Origin: Candidatus Omnitrophota bacterium
GTDB taxonomy: Bacteria; CAIJMQ01
Direction of reading: 5' to 3'
Assembly: GCA_018812925.1 (NCBI GenBank)
Contig: JAHJCU010000005.1
Span: forward strand, 145,955 to 209,954
DNA length: 64,000 nucleotides
The position numbers were made by a program, and so were the translations under genes. The notes under the pieces are model-generated. The model had not been told where the DNA came from, did not search any database, and was given only the letters and a program-made list of their open reading frames with translations. Below are positions 1 through 10,254 of this stretch, in pieces (position 1 is the stretch's first letter; each line of letters starts with the position of its first letter).

Positions 1-142
1 TGATATTATCGTGGAATTGAAAGGCCTGGTTGTGTTAACGGGCGTTTAATCCGTCAGTGTTGTTGGTCTAATAGTGGAAATGTCAGCTTATATAATAAAG
101 TTGGGAAAATACAAGGAGGCTTTCAATGCAAGACCGACAGGT

Positions 143-3100
143 ATGTCAAAGTACACCCTATTTCACATTGGTGTGGTGCTCTTCGCAACATTCTTGAGAT
201 TGGGGTCTCTCGTCTCATGTGCCCAAGAGTCCCTCCATTACGAAAGGCAGGGGGAAACTAAAATCGTCGTGGGCGAAGCACGCTTCACGGTAATCGCTCC
301 AGAATGCATCCGAATGGAATATTCCAAGACCGCCAAATTTATTGATGCCAGGTCCACATTTGCCATCAACCGCAAGGCGGCGTTTAAGGATTTTAAAATA
401 CTCCAGCAAGGCAATAAGACTATAATTGATACTGGCAAGCTCGAACTCATCTACTCTCCTGATGGCAATCCCTTTAATCCTCAGAATCTGAAAGCCTACA
501 TTAAGAAGGGGAAAGAGACCATAGAGTGGGTCCCGGGGAAACAAAACCAACAGAATCTTGGCGGCACCATTCGCACCCTGGACGGAGTGAGAGGCCCGGT
601 TGACCTTGGCGATGGACTGCTTGCCAGGGACGGCTGGTATTTGCTGGATGATTCCCAGAGCTGTCTCTTCACCGATGACTGGATAGAAGCCCGTCCGCAA
701 GACAGTGGAACCGACTGGTATTTGTTTGGTTACGGCGATGATTATAAGGCTGCACTTAAGGTCTTCACCAGGATTGCGGGAGAGGTGCCGATGCCGCGTA
801 AATATGTGTTGGGCGCATGGTATTCCCGCTATTGGCCCTATAGTTCTGAGGATTACCGCCAGATTGTAGAAGAATACCGCCAGCAGGATTTCCCGCTGGA
901 TGTGATGGTCCTGGATATGGACTGGCACCGGGCTGGATGGACCGGATGGTCAGTGAACCGTGAATTGCTACCCGATTTTGAGGATTTGCTGAAGTGGTTC
1001 CACGAACATAAACTCTTTGTAACCTTAAATGTCCATCCCGCTGATGGTGTTGGTCCGCACGAAGACACTTATGAGGAATTTATGGAAGCCCTGGGTAAGG
1101 ACCCTTCCACGAATGAATGGCTACCCTTTGATGCGGGCGATAAAAAGTATCTGGAGTCGCTTTTTGAACACACGCACGTGCCGCTGGAGAAAAAGGGTGT
1201 GGATTTCTGGTGGCTTGATTGGCAGCAGTATCCATTTACCCGAAGTATTCCGAGTTTAAGCAATCTGGCATGGTTAAATCACTTCTACTATCAGCATACG
1301 GGCAAGAATAATCAACGGGGACAGTCTTTTAGCCGTTGGGCAGGCTGGGGCGACCATCGGTACCCAATTCATTTTTCTGGCGATGCGGATACTAGCTGGT
1401 CAATGTTGGCATTTGAAGTGCCGTTTACCTCCACCGCCGGGAATGTCGGTTGTTTCTTCTGGTCTCATGACATCGGAGGGCATTGGGGCTCTCGCAATGA
1501 GGAATCTTATACGCGCTGGGTACAGTTTGGCTCTACCACTGCTGCTTTGCGTTCGCATTCAACCCGTTCCCCAGAATTAGACCGCAGACCATGGAAATAT
1601 AGTGAACAGGCAGAAGATTCTATGCGCATTGCCTTTCATCTGCGTTCACTCTTATTTCCCTATATCTATTCCAGTGTCTGGCAATCTCACAGAGAATCAT
1701 TACCTCTTAACCGACCGATGTATCTTGAGTATCCTGAGGAGGAAAAAGCTTATTGTAATCCTCATCAGTATTTCTTTGGCGATACATTTTTGGTTGCGCC
1801 AATCGTATCACTTGGAGCAGGACCAAATAAAGTTGCCACGCAAACGGTCTGGTTCCCTGAAGGCATGTGGTACAACTGGTTTACAGGCGAGAGATATTCG
1901 GGTAATAAGGAAGTAATCGTTGCCGCGGACATTAATGAGTTCCCGTTCTACGCAAAGGGAGGGATGCCTATTCCCAATCAGTCCTATACTTCCCGTATGA
2001 CGACTGAGCCATTGAAGGAACTGGTTATCCGTTGTTATCCCGGAGAGGATGGTAAAACCGGGAATTATTCGCTTTATGAGGATGATGGCTTCACGAAGGA
2101 TTACCTAAAGGACAATTATGCCCTTACCACCCTAAGCTATATGCGTAAAGGGAATATCGTCACCGTTAAAGTGAGTCCGGTAAAGGGCAGCTATAATGGA
2201 CAGGTAAAATCTCGGTCTTACATTATTGAACTACCTTGCACTCGCAAGGCTGAAACTGTCAAAATCAACGGCAAGTCAACTCGTATTATATATGACGAAA
2301 AGACCTATACTAATCGGATTAAAGTTCCCATTCGGTCCGTCAGCCAGCCAGTCACGGTAAAAGTTAAGGTTGAGGAGGCAAATTTCGATGACTTTCGACA
2401 TAGAGCCGCTTCACGTCGTTTGCAGGGCTTACTGGGAAAGACAACTAATCAATCTTCACAGGATATCATAGTTCAGTATGCGCAACAAAATAATCCCAAC
2501 GATGCTGTTCTTGAGACTTTGCTGGCCATAGCTGGGATTGGCGTGAAAAAGAGCAAGACGGAATATCTTTATAAAGGGCCGGAGAGGACTTGTCTTTACA
2601 ATGGCTCTGACTTGATTGATGGCAATACCTTCGGTGTTACAATCACTGATTATATCGGCGAGGGGAAAAAGGTAATATTTTCTCAGGATTATAAGGTAAG
2701 AAAGCCTTCTTCATTTTGTATTCCGGAGATTCCTTTTTTTCCCAAGCCACCATGGGTAGGGGCGCACAACAGTCAAATAATGCAGATAGACTTCAAAATA
2801 AAAGGCTATCCTATATCACTCTACAAAACTACTGCTGGGAAAGGTGGTCATTTAAGCAAATGGAACATTGTCGGACCTTTTGAGTTTGACAAAAATAAAA
2901 AACTTTCCGAACAGAAATACGGGCCGGAAGAAGGTCAAATCGATCTATCAGTTAGTTATAAGGGAGCTGACTACAGGGACATTCAGTGGCAAAAAGCTGA
3001 AATCAATGAGGACAACATTGTCAATTTGATAAAGTACTTCAAATTTGACGATAAAATTGTCTACGCTGTCACTTACTTGCATTCCGAAAGAGAACAGGAA

Positions 3101-3337
3101 GTGGTTCTTAAAATAAACTCTGATGATGGAGTTGAGGTCTGGCTCAATGGCGAAAAGATTCATTCAATGGATGTAGGTCGGTCAATAGCTCATGAACCTG
3201 ATGTGGTGAAACCAACCCTGAAGAGCGGAAACAATATTCTATTGCTCAAGGTGTCACAGCACGGGTATGAATGGGGGTTTAAGGTGGAAATCGAAAGTTT
3301 TTATCCGACCAAAGAGGCATATAGTGAGTTCCATTAG
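143..3337 (+). CDS. Secreted GH31 glycoside hydrolase (TIM barrel + DUF5110 + C-terminal PA14/jelly-roll-like domain)
   Basis: GH31 motifs LDMDWH, WWLDWQQ (nucleophile), WSHDIGG (acid/base) and LYEDDG; hydrophobic N-terminus; C-terminal SDDGVEVWLNG..LKSGNNILLLKV module. ATG at 143 preferred over the GTG at 74. Confidence 0.9.
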   Translation: MSKYTLFHIGVVLFATFLRLGSLVSCAQESLHYERQGETKIVVGEARFTVIAPECIRMEYSKTAKFIDARSTFAINRKAAFKDFKILQQGNKTIIDTGKLELIYSPDGNPFNPQNLKAYIKKGKETIEWVPGKQNQQNLGGTIRTLDGVRGPVDLGDGLLARDGWYLLDDSQSCLFTDDWIEARPQDSGTDWYLFGYGDDYKAALKVFTRIAGEVPMPRKYVLGAWYSRYWPYSSEDYRQIVEEYRQQDFPLDVMVLDMDWHRAGWTGWSVNRELLPDFEDLLKWFHEHKLFVTLNVHPADGVGPHEDTYEEFMEALGKDPSTNEWLPFDAGDKKYLESLFEHTHVPLEKKGVDFWWLDWQQYPFTRSIPSLSNLAWLNHFYYQHTGKNNQRGQSFSRWAGWGDHRYPIHFSGDADTSWSMLAFEVPFTSTAGNVGCFFWSHDIGGHWGSRNEESYTRWVQFGSTTAALRSHSTRSPELDRRPWKYSEQAEDSMRIAFHLRSLLFPYIYSSVWQSHRESLPLNRPMYLEYPEEEKAYCNPHQYFFGDTFLVAPIVSLGAGPNKVATQTVWFPEGMWYNWFTGERYSGNKEVIVAADINEFPFYAKGGMPIPNQSYTSRMTTEPLKELVIRCYPGEDGKTGNYSLYEDDGFTKDYLKDNYALTTLSYMRKGNIVTVKVSPVKGSYNGQVKSRSYIIELPCTRKAETVKINGKSTRIIYDEKTYTNRIKVPIRSVSQPVTVKVKVEEANFDDFRHRAASRRLQGLLGKTTNQSSQDIIVQYAQQNNPNDAVLETLLAIAGIGVKKSKTEYLYKGPERTCLYNGSDLIDGNTFGVTITDYIGEGKKVIFSQDYKVRKPSSFCIPEIPFFPKPPWVGAHNSQIMQIDFKIKGYPISLYKTTAGKGGHLSKWNIVGPFEFDKNKKLSEQKYGPEEGQIDLSVSYKGADYRDIQWQKAEINEDNIVNLIKYFKFDDKIVYAVTYLHSEREQEVVLKINSDDGVEVWLNGEKIHSMDVGRSIAHEPDVVKPTLKSGNNILLLKVSQHGYEWGFKVEIESFYPTKEAYSEFH

Positions 3338-3490
3338 GATTTAGATTATACTAAATACGATTAATTAATGCGCTGAGCGGGGTCTTTCTCCGATACATTC
3401 TCTTTTCCCATGCCGCAAGCCGTATAAGTCCTTTTGGGAAGGCATAAAGATGTGCGGATAATTTGGGGATTATTGAGAAATTCCTACCTT

Positions 3491-3994
3491 TTATTTAGAT
3501 TTTTTGTTCCAACTATTTTGTATTTCGCTCTTAATTTTCCTATAACTTTCCTCCAAAGATTCGGGGATAATTTTAGTTCCACCTATAACGGGCATATAAT
3601 TCGTATCCCCTTCCCATCGGGGAACTATATGCAGATGCATATGCTCTGCCACACTTGTTCCCGCACATACCCCAAGATTCATGCCAATATTAAAACCTTG
3701 CGGATGATACACTTTCTTCAATATCGGAATTATTCTTCTGGCAAGCAAAAAAATTTCATTTAATTCCTCATCGCCTAAATCTTCTAAATTTTTTATGTGC
3801 TTGATAGGGACTATCATAAGATGCCCGTTGTTATAAGGAAACTTATTTAAAATTATAAAAGAGTGTTTTCCCTTATAAAGTATCAAACTTTTCCTCGTAT
3901 CTTTTAATTTTAAATGTTGACACAGGAAACAACCTTTTATCTTTCCTACATTTGCTACGTATTTGCCTCTCCAAGGTGCCCATAAATTTTCCAT
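3491..3994 (-). CDS. HIT-family hydrolase / Ap4A phosphorylase (FHIT-like)
   Basis: LWAPWR, CFLC, LNKFPYNNGHLMIVP and the HMHLHIVPRW histidine triad. Confidence 0.93.
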   Translation of the reverse strand: MENLWAPWRGKYVANVGKIKGCFLCQHLKLKDTRKSLILYKGKHSFIILNKFPYNNGHLMIVPIKHIKNLEDLGDEELNEIFLLARRIIPILKKVYHPQGFNIGMNLGVCAGTSVAEHMHLHIVPRWEGDTNYMPVIGGTKIIPESLEESYRKIKSEIQNSWNKKSK

Positions 3995-4058
3995 GTCAAT
4001 ATTATACTATAAATCTGTTGGTAAAAATTGAGTCAGAATATGCTAAAATACTATCGAA

Positions 4059-4631
4059 ATGGGCAATATAAACGAATTCTTAGTTAGAGAGTTTTTTGAG
4101 ATATCGGGATTTATAGTCAAAGCTAATCTCAAATTTGTTCCTAAGGGTAAAACATCCAGAAGGGGAGTAGACTTTTTTGTTGTAAACCTCAATACAAATC
4201 AAACTAAAGAATTGACAGAATTTGTATTAGACGGCGAATCTGCTAAGTTAGTCCATAACGCGATAATAAGGATTGAACCCTGGCATACCGATAAATTTTA
4301 CCCTTCTGTTATTCAAAAAGACGAGGGACTGATTGATTTCTTAAGTTCTGAAAATCTAAAAGAAGCCCAAAAAACATTAAAAACAGCTGATTTTAAGAAA
4401 ATTTTGGTGATTTCCAATCTACCCACTAATAAAGATATGCGTGACAAATCAGAAAAACTTCTCAAGGCAAAAGGTGTAGACCATCTGATAACTTTCCCTG
4501 CTATGCTTGCCTGGCTTATAGAGAATATCAAGAGTAATAAAAATTACTACAACGATACTTTGGAACTTTTAAGAATATTGAAACACTATAAACTATTTAA
4601 AAAACCGCAGTTAGAATTATTCAAAAAATAA
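4059..4631 (+). CDS. Hypothetical protein, restriction-endonuclease-like (PD-(D/E)xK) fold, C-terminal QLELF motif
   Basis: E-x-LVREFFE-x-x-GFIV ... VDFFVVN pattern; directly upstream of ruvC; ends PQLELFKK. Confidence 0.6.
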   Translation: MGNINEFLVREFFEISGFIVKANLKFVPKGKTSRRGVDFFVVNLNTNQTKELTEFVLDGESAKLVHNAIIRIEPWHTDKFYPSVIQKDEGLIDFLSSENLKEAQKTLKTADFKKILVISNLPTNKDMRDKSEKLLKAKGVDHLITFPAMLAWLIENIKSNKNYYNDTLELLRILKHYKLFKKPQLELFKK

Positions 4632-4704
4632 TTTTGCGGGAAAATAAAGAGGAAGTTTTTGCGGTAATCTTCTACAAAATATCTTCTAATTTGGATAAAA
4701 ACAT

Positions 4705-5211
4705 ATGAATCCTATTGTTCTTGGTTTTGACCCCGGCATAAAAGTAAGTGGTTACGGAATAATTACGAAAGATAATAATTCAAAACTTACGACTATTGAC
4801 TATGGAATAATTGAAAATACTTATCCTGAGTCATATCCTTTGTATCTGGAAAAAATCTATGATAAAGTTGTTCAGTTAATAAAAAAGTTTAAGCCTGGCA
4901 GTATTGCGGTAGAAGAACCTTTCATTTCCAGAAACCCTAACGCAGGTTTGAAAATCGGACAAATTGTGGGAGTAGTTGGGTTGGTGGGAATAAAAAAGGG
5001 GCTTAGGGTTTTTGGTTATTCCGTTCTTGCTGTAAAACAAGCGGTTACCGGATATGGTAGAGCTGAAAAACAGCAGGTACAGGATATGGTGAAAAGAATG
5101 TTATCTTTGAATGTAGAATTCAAGCGTGTTGATATTTCAGATGCTTTGGGTGTGGCTATTTGTTGCATGAATTCTATGGATTGGGATAATAAAATAAAAA
5201 ACAACATTTAA
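4705..5211 (+). CDS. ruvC: Holliday junction resolvase RuvC
   Basis: LGFDPG, AVEE, KQAVTGYGRAEKQQVQ and SDALGVAIC motifs. Confidence 0.97.
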   Translation: MNPIVLGFDPGIKVSGYGIITKDNNSKLTTIDYGIIENTYPESYPLYLEKIYDKVVQLIKKFKPGSIAVEEPFISRNPNAGLKIGQIVGVVGLVGIKKGLRVFGYSVLAVKQAVTGYGRAEKQQVQDMVKRMLSLNVEFKRVDISDALGVAICCMNSMDWDNKIKNNI

Positions 5212-5266
5212 AATTTAAGATTGAAGATTCTAAGAATTTTTAATCTGTAATTTTCAATCTTTAATA
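5208..5266. repeat. Heptamer-periodic palindromic intergenic element (AAGATT / AATCTT type)
   Basis: Left arm aaattta-agattga-agattct and right arm taatctg-taatttt-caatctt are approximate reverse complements with 7-nt period. Confidence 0.55.
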
Positions 5267-5275
5267 AGATAAACT

Positions 5276-5875
5276 ATGATAGATTCCTTGCGAGGTAAAC
5301 TCGCTTACAAATCTCCGACTTATATCAGAGTAGATGTTAATGGGGTGGGCTTCGGATTAAATATTCCCGTTTCTACATATAATTCCTTGGGAGAAATAGG
5401 TGTAGATATTAGTCTTTTTACTTATCTTCATGTCAGAGAAGATATGATGCGTCTTTATGGGTTTAAGACGGAAGAGGAGATTAAAACTTTTAAAATGTTG
5501 ATTTCTGTTACTTTGATAGGTCCGCAATTAGCATTGGGTATTTTATCTTCCATTTCATCAGATGAATTTAAAAAAGCAATAATCCAAGACGATTTTAATA
5601 GACTTGACGCTATACCCGGGGTCGGGAAAAAGACCGCCCAAAGAATGGTTATAGAGCTTAAAGAAAAGATTTCTTCTGTGGGAGGGATATTGGACAAGAC
5701 AGAAGGATTAAATGAAGCGGAATCATCGCTTATAGAAGAAGCGGTACGCGCGCTTATATCTTTGGGTTGCAGTAAAAAAGAGGCGCTTTTATCTATAAAA
5801 ACTTCATATATAACTATTAAAGACAAAAAGCCGTCTTTGGAAGAACTTATTAAATATTCTTTAAAACACTTATAA
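5276..5875 (+). CDS. ruvA: Holliday junction DNA-binding protein RuvA
   Basis: DVNGVGF, LHVRED, LYGF, IPGVGKKTAQR and ALISLG. Confidence 0.97.
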   Translation: MIDSLRGKLAYKSPTYIRVDVNGVGFGLNIPVSTYNSLGEIGVDISLFTYLHVREDMMRLYGFKTEEEIKTFKMLISVTLIGPQLALGILSSISSDEFKKAIIQDDFNRLDAIPGVGKKTAQRMVIELKEKISSVGGILDKTEGLNEAESSLIEEAVRALISLGCSKKEALLSIKTSYITIKDKKPSLEELIKYSLKHL

Positions 5876-5876
5876 A

Positions 5877-6905
5877 ATGGCAAAAGAAAGAGTTATAAAT
5901 CCGAAACCTACGCTTGAAGACAAAGAACTGGATAATGAACTGCGACCTGCATCTTGGAAGGATTTTGCGGGACAGGGAAAGATTAAGGAGCAGCTGTCCA
6001 TATTTATAAAGGCGGCAAAAGATAGAGGGGAAGCTCTTGACCATATTCTTTTTCACGGGCCTCCGGGATTAGGAAAAACCACTCTTGCCAATATAGTCTC
6101 AAGAGATTTAGGTGTTAATATTAATTCGACATCCGGTCCCGTTATAGAAAGACCCGTAGACTTGTCGGCACTTTTGTCGCGTTTGAAGGAAAAGGAAGTT
6201 CTTTTCGTAGACGAGATACACCGGTTGCCTCATACGGTAGAAGAAGTGCTTTATTCGGCTATGGAAGATTATAAGTTAGACATAATGGTTGGTAAGGGCC
6301 CCTCGGCGCGCGCTATAAAACTTGAACTTCCGCATTATACTTTAATAGGAGCAACCACTCGCACGGGGCTTATTACTTCTCCTTTGAGGGCAAGATTTGG
6401 GATGATAATTCGCATAGGTTTCTATAATGCCGGCGAACTTGCTCAGATAGTAAAAAGGTCTGCCAGAATTTTGAATATTGAAATAGATGAAGAAGGAGCC
6501 TGGGAATTGGCCTCAAGAAGCCGGGGCACTCCTAGAATAGCAAATAGACTTCTTCGTAGAGTAAGAGATTACGCTCAAGTAAAGGCTAACGGTGTTATTA
6601 ATAAAGATATTACAGCAAAAGCGTTGGAACTTCTGGGTGTAGATGAATATGGTCTTGACGAAATGGATAAACTTTTGCTTAAAACATTGGTGGAAAAGTT
6701 TAACGGTGGGCCTGTGGGAATAAAGACATTGGCGATATCTTTGGGCGAAGAAGAAGATACTCTCCAAGAAGTATGTGAAGCTTATCTTATTCAGCAGGGT
6801 CTTATAAAAAGAACCGCGCAGGGAAGAGAAGCCACGCCGTTATGTTATGAATGCTTGGGAATTGTTAAAGCAAAATCAAAGGAGCAGAAAAAACTTTTTA
6901 AATAA
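5877..6905 (+). CDS. ruvB: Holliday junction helicase RuvB
   Basis: LRP, GPPGLGKTTLA, FVDEIHR, GATTR and SRGTPR. Confidence 0.98.
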   Translation: MAKERVINPKPTLEDKELDNELRPASWKDFAGQGKIKEQLSIFIKAAKDRGEALDHILFHGPPGLGKTTLANIVSRDLGVNINSTSGPVIERPVDLSALLSRLKEKEVLFVDEIHRLPHTVEEVLYSAMEDYKLDIMVGKGPSARAIKLELPHYTLIGATTRTGLITSPLRARFGMIIRIGFYNAGELAQIVKRSARILNIEIDEEGAWELASRSRGTPRIANRLLRRVRDYAQVKANGVINKDITAKALELLGVDEYGLDEMDKLLLKTLVEKFNGGPVGIKTLAISLGEEEDTLQEVCEAYLIQQGLIKRTAQGREATPLCYECLGIVKAKSKEQKKLFK

Positions 6906-6917
6906 AGGGGGATTGTT

Positions 6918-7127
6918 ATGCAAAAAGTTAAAATTTTCATGAGTTCAGCTACAGGAGAAGGTCTTGAAGAACTTGAACAAATTATAAATAAATGGATTGA
7001 AAAAGAGAAAATTGAAATTAAGAATATTTCCACCTCGGTGAGACTTATACCGTCTGGAGAAAGAGCAAGTTTAACATCTGAAATAACAGACCAATTTATA
7101 GTTTGCCTAACCTATGAAAGCAAATAA
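6918..7127 (+). CDS. Small hypothetical protein (69 aa)
   Basis: GGGGG SD upstream; fills the gap between ruvB and metG on the same strand. Confidence 0.65.
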   Translation: MQKVKIFMSSATGEGLEELEQIINKWIEKEKIEIKNISTSVRLIPSGERASLTSEITDQFIVCLTYESK

Positions 7128-8649
7128 TAATCCGGGCAAATTTTACGTCACTACACCTATTTATTATGTAAATAGCATTCCGCATGTAGGGCATAGCTAT
7201 ACCACAATTGCGGCTGATGTTTTAGCGCGTTCTGCTCGTCAAGAAGGTAAAGAGGTATTTTTCCTAACGGGAACAGATGAGCATGGAGAGAAAATAGCCA
7301 AGGCATCTGAAGCTGTTGGAAAAACCCCAAAAGAGTTCTGCGACGAAATTTCCGCAAAGTTCAGATATGTATGGGATAAGCTAAATATATCTTATGATTA
7401 TTTTATCCGCACTACCGATAAAAAGCATGAAGACGCGGTAAAAAAATTCTTAAGTAACCTTCATGAAAACGGTCTGATATACAAAGGCAAATATGAAGGG
7501 CTTTATTGTCGAGGATGCGAAAAATTTCTACAAAAAAATGACATAGTAGAAGGTAAATGTCCTCTGCATTTAACAGAGCCGGAATTACTAAAAGAGGAAA
7601 ATTATTTCTTTAAACTAAGCGATTATAGAGATAAACTTATAGAATTGATAGAAAATGACACAATAGAAATACTCCCTATTGCGCTTAAAAAAGAAGTTTT
7701 AAGTAAGTTGATTTTGGGGATAGAAGATATTAGCATTTCCAGGCAAACCGTTCAGTGGGGAATAAATCTTCCGTTTGATGATTCTCAGACAATCTATGTC
7801 TGGATAGACGCTTTAATAAACTATATATCGTCTATAGGATATGCCGATGACAGCAAGAATTTCTCAAAGTGGTGGCCTGCGGATGTGCATTTAATGGCTA
7901 AAGATATATGTTGGTTTCATGCGGTTATCTGGCCCGCGATGCTTTTGGCGGTTGGAGAAAAAACGCCCAAAAAACTTTTTGTCCACGGTTTTTTTACCGT
8001 TGAAGGGCAAAAGATGAGCAAGTCATTGGGCAATATGATAGACCCTTTGCCTTTAGTGGAGGAATACGGAGCAGATACTTTGCGATACTTTCTTTTAACT
8101 GAATTCCCTTTTGACCACGACGGAGATTTTTCTATCAGGAGACTTGAAGAACGTTATAATAATGACCTTGCAAATGATTTGGGCAATTTGGTTTTGCGCA
8201 TATTGACGATGATAGAAAAATATTGCGAGGGGAAAATTCCAGCTGCAAATGATGAAGCAAACAATATTAAAATAAAATCTATAAAATTAGATTTATCCGC
8301 ACAATTGAATATTCGCAATCGGGAAATCGAAGCTGCGGAATTTTCCAAGGTATTGGTCAATATAATGAATTTGATACGGGAAACCAACCGGATTATAGAA
8401 GAATACGCTCCCTGGAATTTGGCAAAACAAAAAGATACCGATTCTTTAAATACACTTCTTTATTATTTGGCGCAACGACTTGCAACGATTGCAATATTGA
8501 TATATCCCTTCTTGCCGAACACGAGCGAAGTCATATTTAGACAGCTTGGACTTGAAGTTCCATCGGCTTTTTCAATTAAAGAAAATTTAATAACTCTTTT
8601 GCCGAATAAGAAAATAAAAAAAGAAAAACCGTTATTTCCTAAAAAATGA
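7114..8649 (+). CDS. metG: Methionine--tRNA ligase (short form, no C-terminal tRNA-binding domain)
   Basis: YVTTPIYY, PHVGH (HIGH), GTDEHG, YVWIDAL and KMSKS. Confidence 0.97.
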   Translation: MKANNNPGKFYVTTPIYYVNSIPHVGHSYTTIAADVLARSARQEGKEVFFLTGTDEHGEKIAKASEAVGKTPKEFCDEISAKFRYVWDKLNISYDYFIRTTDKKHEDAVKKFLSNLHENGLIYKGKYEGLYCRGCEKFLQKNDIVEGKCPLHLTEPELLKEENYFFKLSDYRDKLIELIENDTIEILPIALKKEVLSKLILGIEDISISRQTVQWGINLPFDDSQTIYVWIDALINYISSIGYADDSKNFSKWWPADVHLMAKDICWFHAVIWPAMLLAVGEKTPKKLFVHGFFTVEGQKMSKSLGNMIDPLPLVEEYGADTLRYFLLTEFPFDHDGDFSIRRLEERYNNDLANDLGNLVLRILTMIEKYCEGKIPAANDEANNIKIKSIKLDLSAQLNIRNREIEAAEFSKVLVNIMNLIRETNRIIEEYAPWNLAKQKDTDSLNTLLYYLAQRLATIAILIYPFLPNTSEVIFRQLGLEVPSAFSIKENLITLLPNKKIKKEKPLFPKK

Positions 8650-9362
8650 GAAAAGATAAACCGATAATAGTAGCTTTGGATGTTTTTACGAGAAAAGAGG
8701 CACAGCGCTTAGTAGAAGATTTAGTCGAATATGTTTCCATTTTCAAAATCGGACATCAACTTTTCTTAAAAGAAGGAATGGATATTATCCATATGATTCA
8801 AGATAAGGGCGCAGAAGTTTTCCTTGACTTAAAATTCCATGATATCCCAAGTGTTATATCAAATGCGGTAGAAGTGGCTTTTAATGAAAAGGTTTATATG
8901 TTGACTCTGCATTCTTTGGGCGGCAGAATGATGCTTGAGCAAGTTGTAAAAAAAGTTAAAACGTTATCTTCGGAAGGAAAGGGCAGGACACCGATACTTT
9001 TGGGCGTTACCATCCTTACGAGTTTAGATGAAGAAAAACTAAAGGAAATGGGTTTTTCTTTGCCGATGAAACAGCAGGTTCTAAAACTTGCCAAAATTAG
9101 CGAAGAGTGTGGTTTGGGCGGAATAGTTTGTTCCGGTGAAGAGATAAGTTTGATAAGAGATAATACAAAAGAGAATTTTATCATTGTTACCCCGGGAGTA
9201 AGACTGGAGAAGCTACCTTCAGACGACCAAGAAAGAATAATTGCCGTTGAAGATGCAATAAAACGCGGAGCGGATTATTTAGTTATGGGTAGAAGTATAA
9301 CGGAAAGTAAAGAACTAAAAAAGAAACTGGAATTGATTTTGGAGAAATTAAATAGATTATGA
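8646..9362 (+). CDS. pyrF: Orotidine-5'-phosphate decarboxylase
   Basis: VALD, FLDLKFHDIP, GVTILTS, VTPGVR and DDQER. Confidence 0.97.
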   Translation: MRKDKPIIVALDVFTRKEAQRLVEDLVEYVSIFKIGHQLFLKEGMDIIHMIQDKGAEVFLDLKFHDIPSVISNAVEVAFNEKVYMLTLHSLGGRMMLEQVVKKVKTLSSEGKGRTPILLGVTILTSLDEEKLKEMGFSLPMKQQVLKLAKISEECGLGGIVCSGEEISLIRDNTKENFIIVTPGVRLEKLPSDDQERIIAVEDAIKRGADYLVMGRSITESKELKKKLELILEKLNRL

Positions 9363-9402
9363 TATAATTCCACCCTAATAATTTAATAAGGAGTTTTTAA
9401 TT

Positions 9403-9672
9403 ATGCCTTTTACTAAGGAAGATAAAGCGAAAATAGTTGAAGAATTCGGTAAAGACCCTAAAAATACAGGTTCGCCGGAGGTGCAAATAGCAATTATTAC
9501 ACAGAGAATAAACACTCTTTCGCAGCATCTTGCGAAATTTAAACATGACCGCACATCCAAAAGAGGATTACTGCAATTGGTCGGTAAAAGAAGAGCTTTA
9601 CTAAATTATTTAAAAAAAGAGTCCGAAGCCCGATATTTGGAAACGCTTAAAAAACTTGGTCTTAGAAAGTAA
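9403..9672 (+). CDS. rpsO: 30S ribosomal protein S15
   Basis: TGSPEVQIA, HDRTSKRGLLQLVGKRR and LGLRK. Confidence 0.98.
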   Translation: MPFTKEDKAKIVEEFGKDPKNTGSPEVQIAIITQRINTLSQHLAKFKHDRTSKRGLLQLVGKRRALLNYLKKESEARYLETLKKLGLRK

Positions 9673-9687
9673 ATCTTAAAGAAAACC

Positions 9688-10254
9688 TTGCAAGCAAAAA
9701 CACAAAGAGTTCGAATAAATAGATGGATTAGGGCAGAAACGGTTAGAGTAGTAGGACCCGATAGCAAACAGATAGGCGTTATGCCGTTAAATCGTGCTTT
9801 ATATATTGCTAAAGAGTTGGAATTAGACCTTGTGGAAGTGGCTCCGGAAGCTAAACCGCCGGTATGCAGAATAATAGATTTCGGAAAATATAAATACGAA
9901 CAACAAAAGAGAGAGAAAAACCAGAAGAAACAACAGAGAGTACAGCAGATGAAGGAAATGGTTTTTAGGCCTTCCATCGGCGAGCACGATTTTGAAGTAA
10001 AAGCAAAACACATCAGAGAGTTTCTTGAGGATGGGCATAAAGCGAAAATAGTAGTGCGATTTAGAAGAGGAGAGATGGCTCGTAAGGAAAGAGGTAGTCA
10101 GCTTCTCGCGAAAATACAGAAAGGGATGGAAGATATAAGTAAAGTTGCAAAACCTTCTTATATGTTAGGCAAAGCACTAATGATGGTTCTTGCGCCTATA
10201 GAAGTTAAGAAAGAGAAAAATGCCAAAACTGAAAACAAAGAAATCGGCGGCTAA
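9688..10254 (+). CDS. infC: Translation initiation factor IF-3 (TTG start)
   Basis: RIN..IR, LDLVEVAP..PPVCRIIDFGKYKYE and FRP.IGEHD. Confidence 0.97.
   Translation: MQAKTQRVRINRWIRAETVRVVGPDSKQIGVMPLNRALYIAKELELDLVEVAPEAKPPVCRIIDFGKYKYEQQKREKNQKKQQRVQQMKEMVFRPSIGEHDFEVKAKHIREFLEDGHKAKIVVRFRRGEMARKERGSQLLAKIQKGMEDISKVAKPSYMLGKALMMVLAPIEVKKEKNAKTENKEIGG

Noticed and set aside
3340-3490. Possible structured RNA or tRNA remnant at the GH31 boundary
   Set aside because: No cloverleaf, T-loop or convincing stems were found by eye.
7259-7275. ttcctaacggg in metG as a copy of the TCTAACGGGG repeat
   Set aside because: It encodes the conserved FLTGTDEHG motif, so coding constraint explains it.
9688-9690. 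TTG start of infC as a novelty
   Set aside because: Non-AUG starts of infC are well-known autoregulation.
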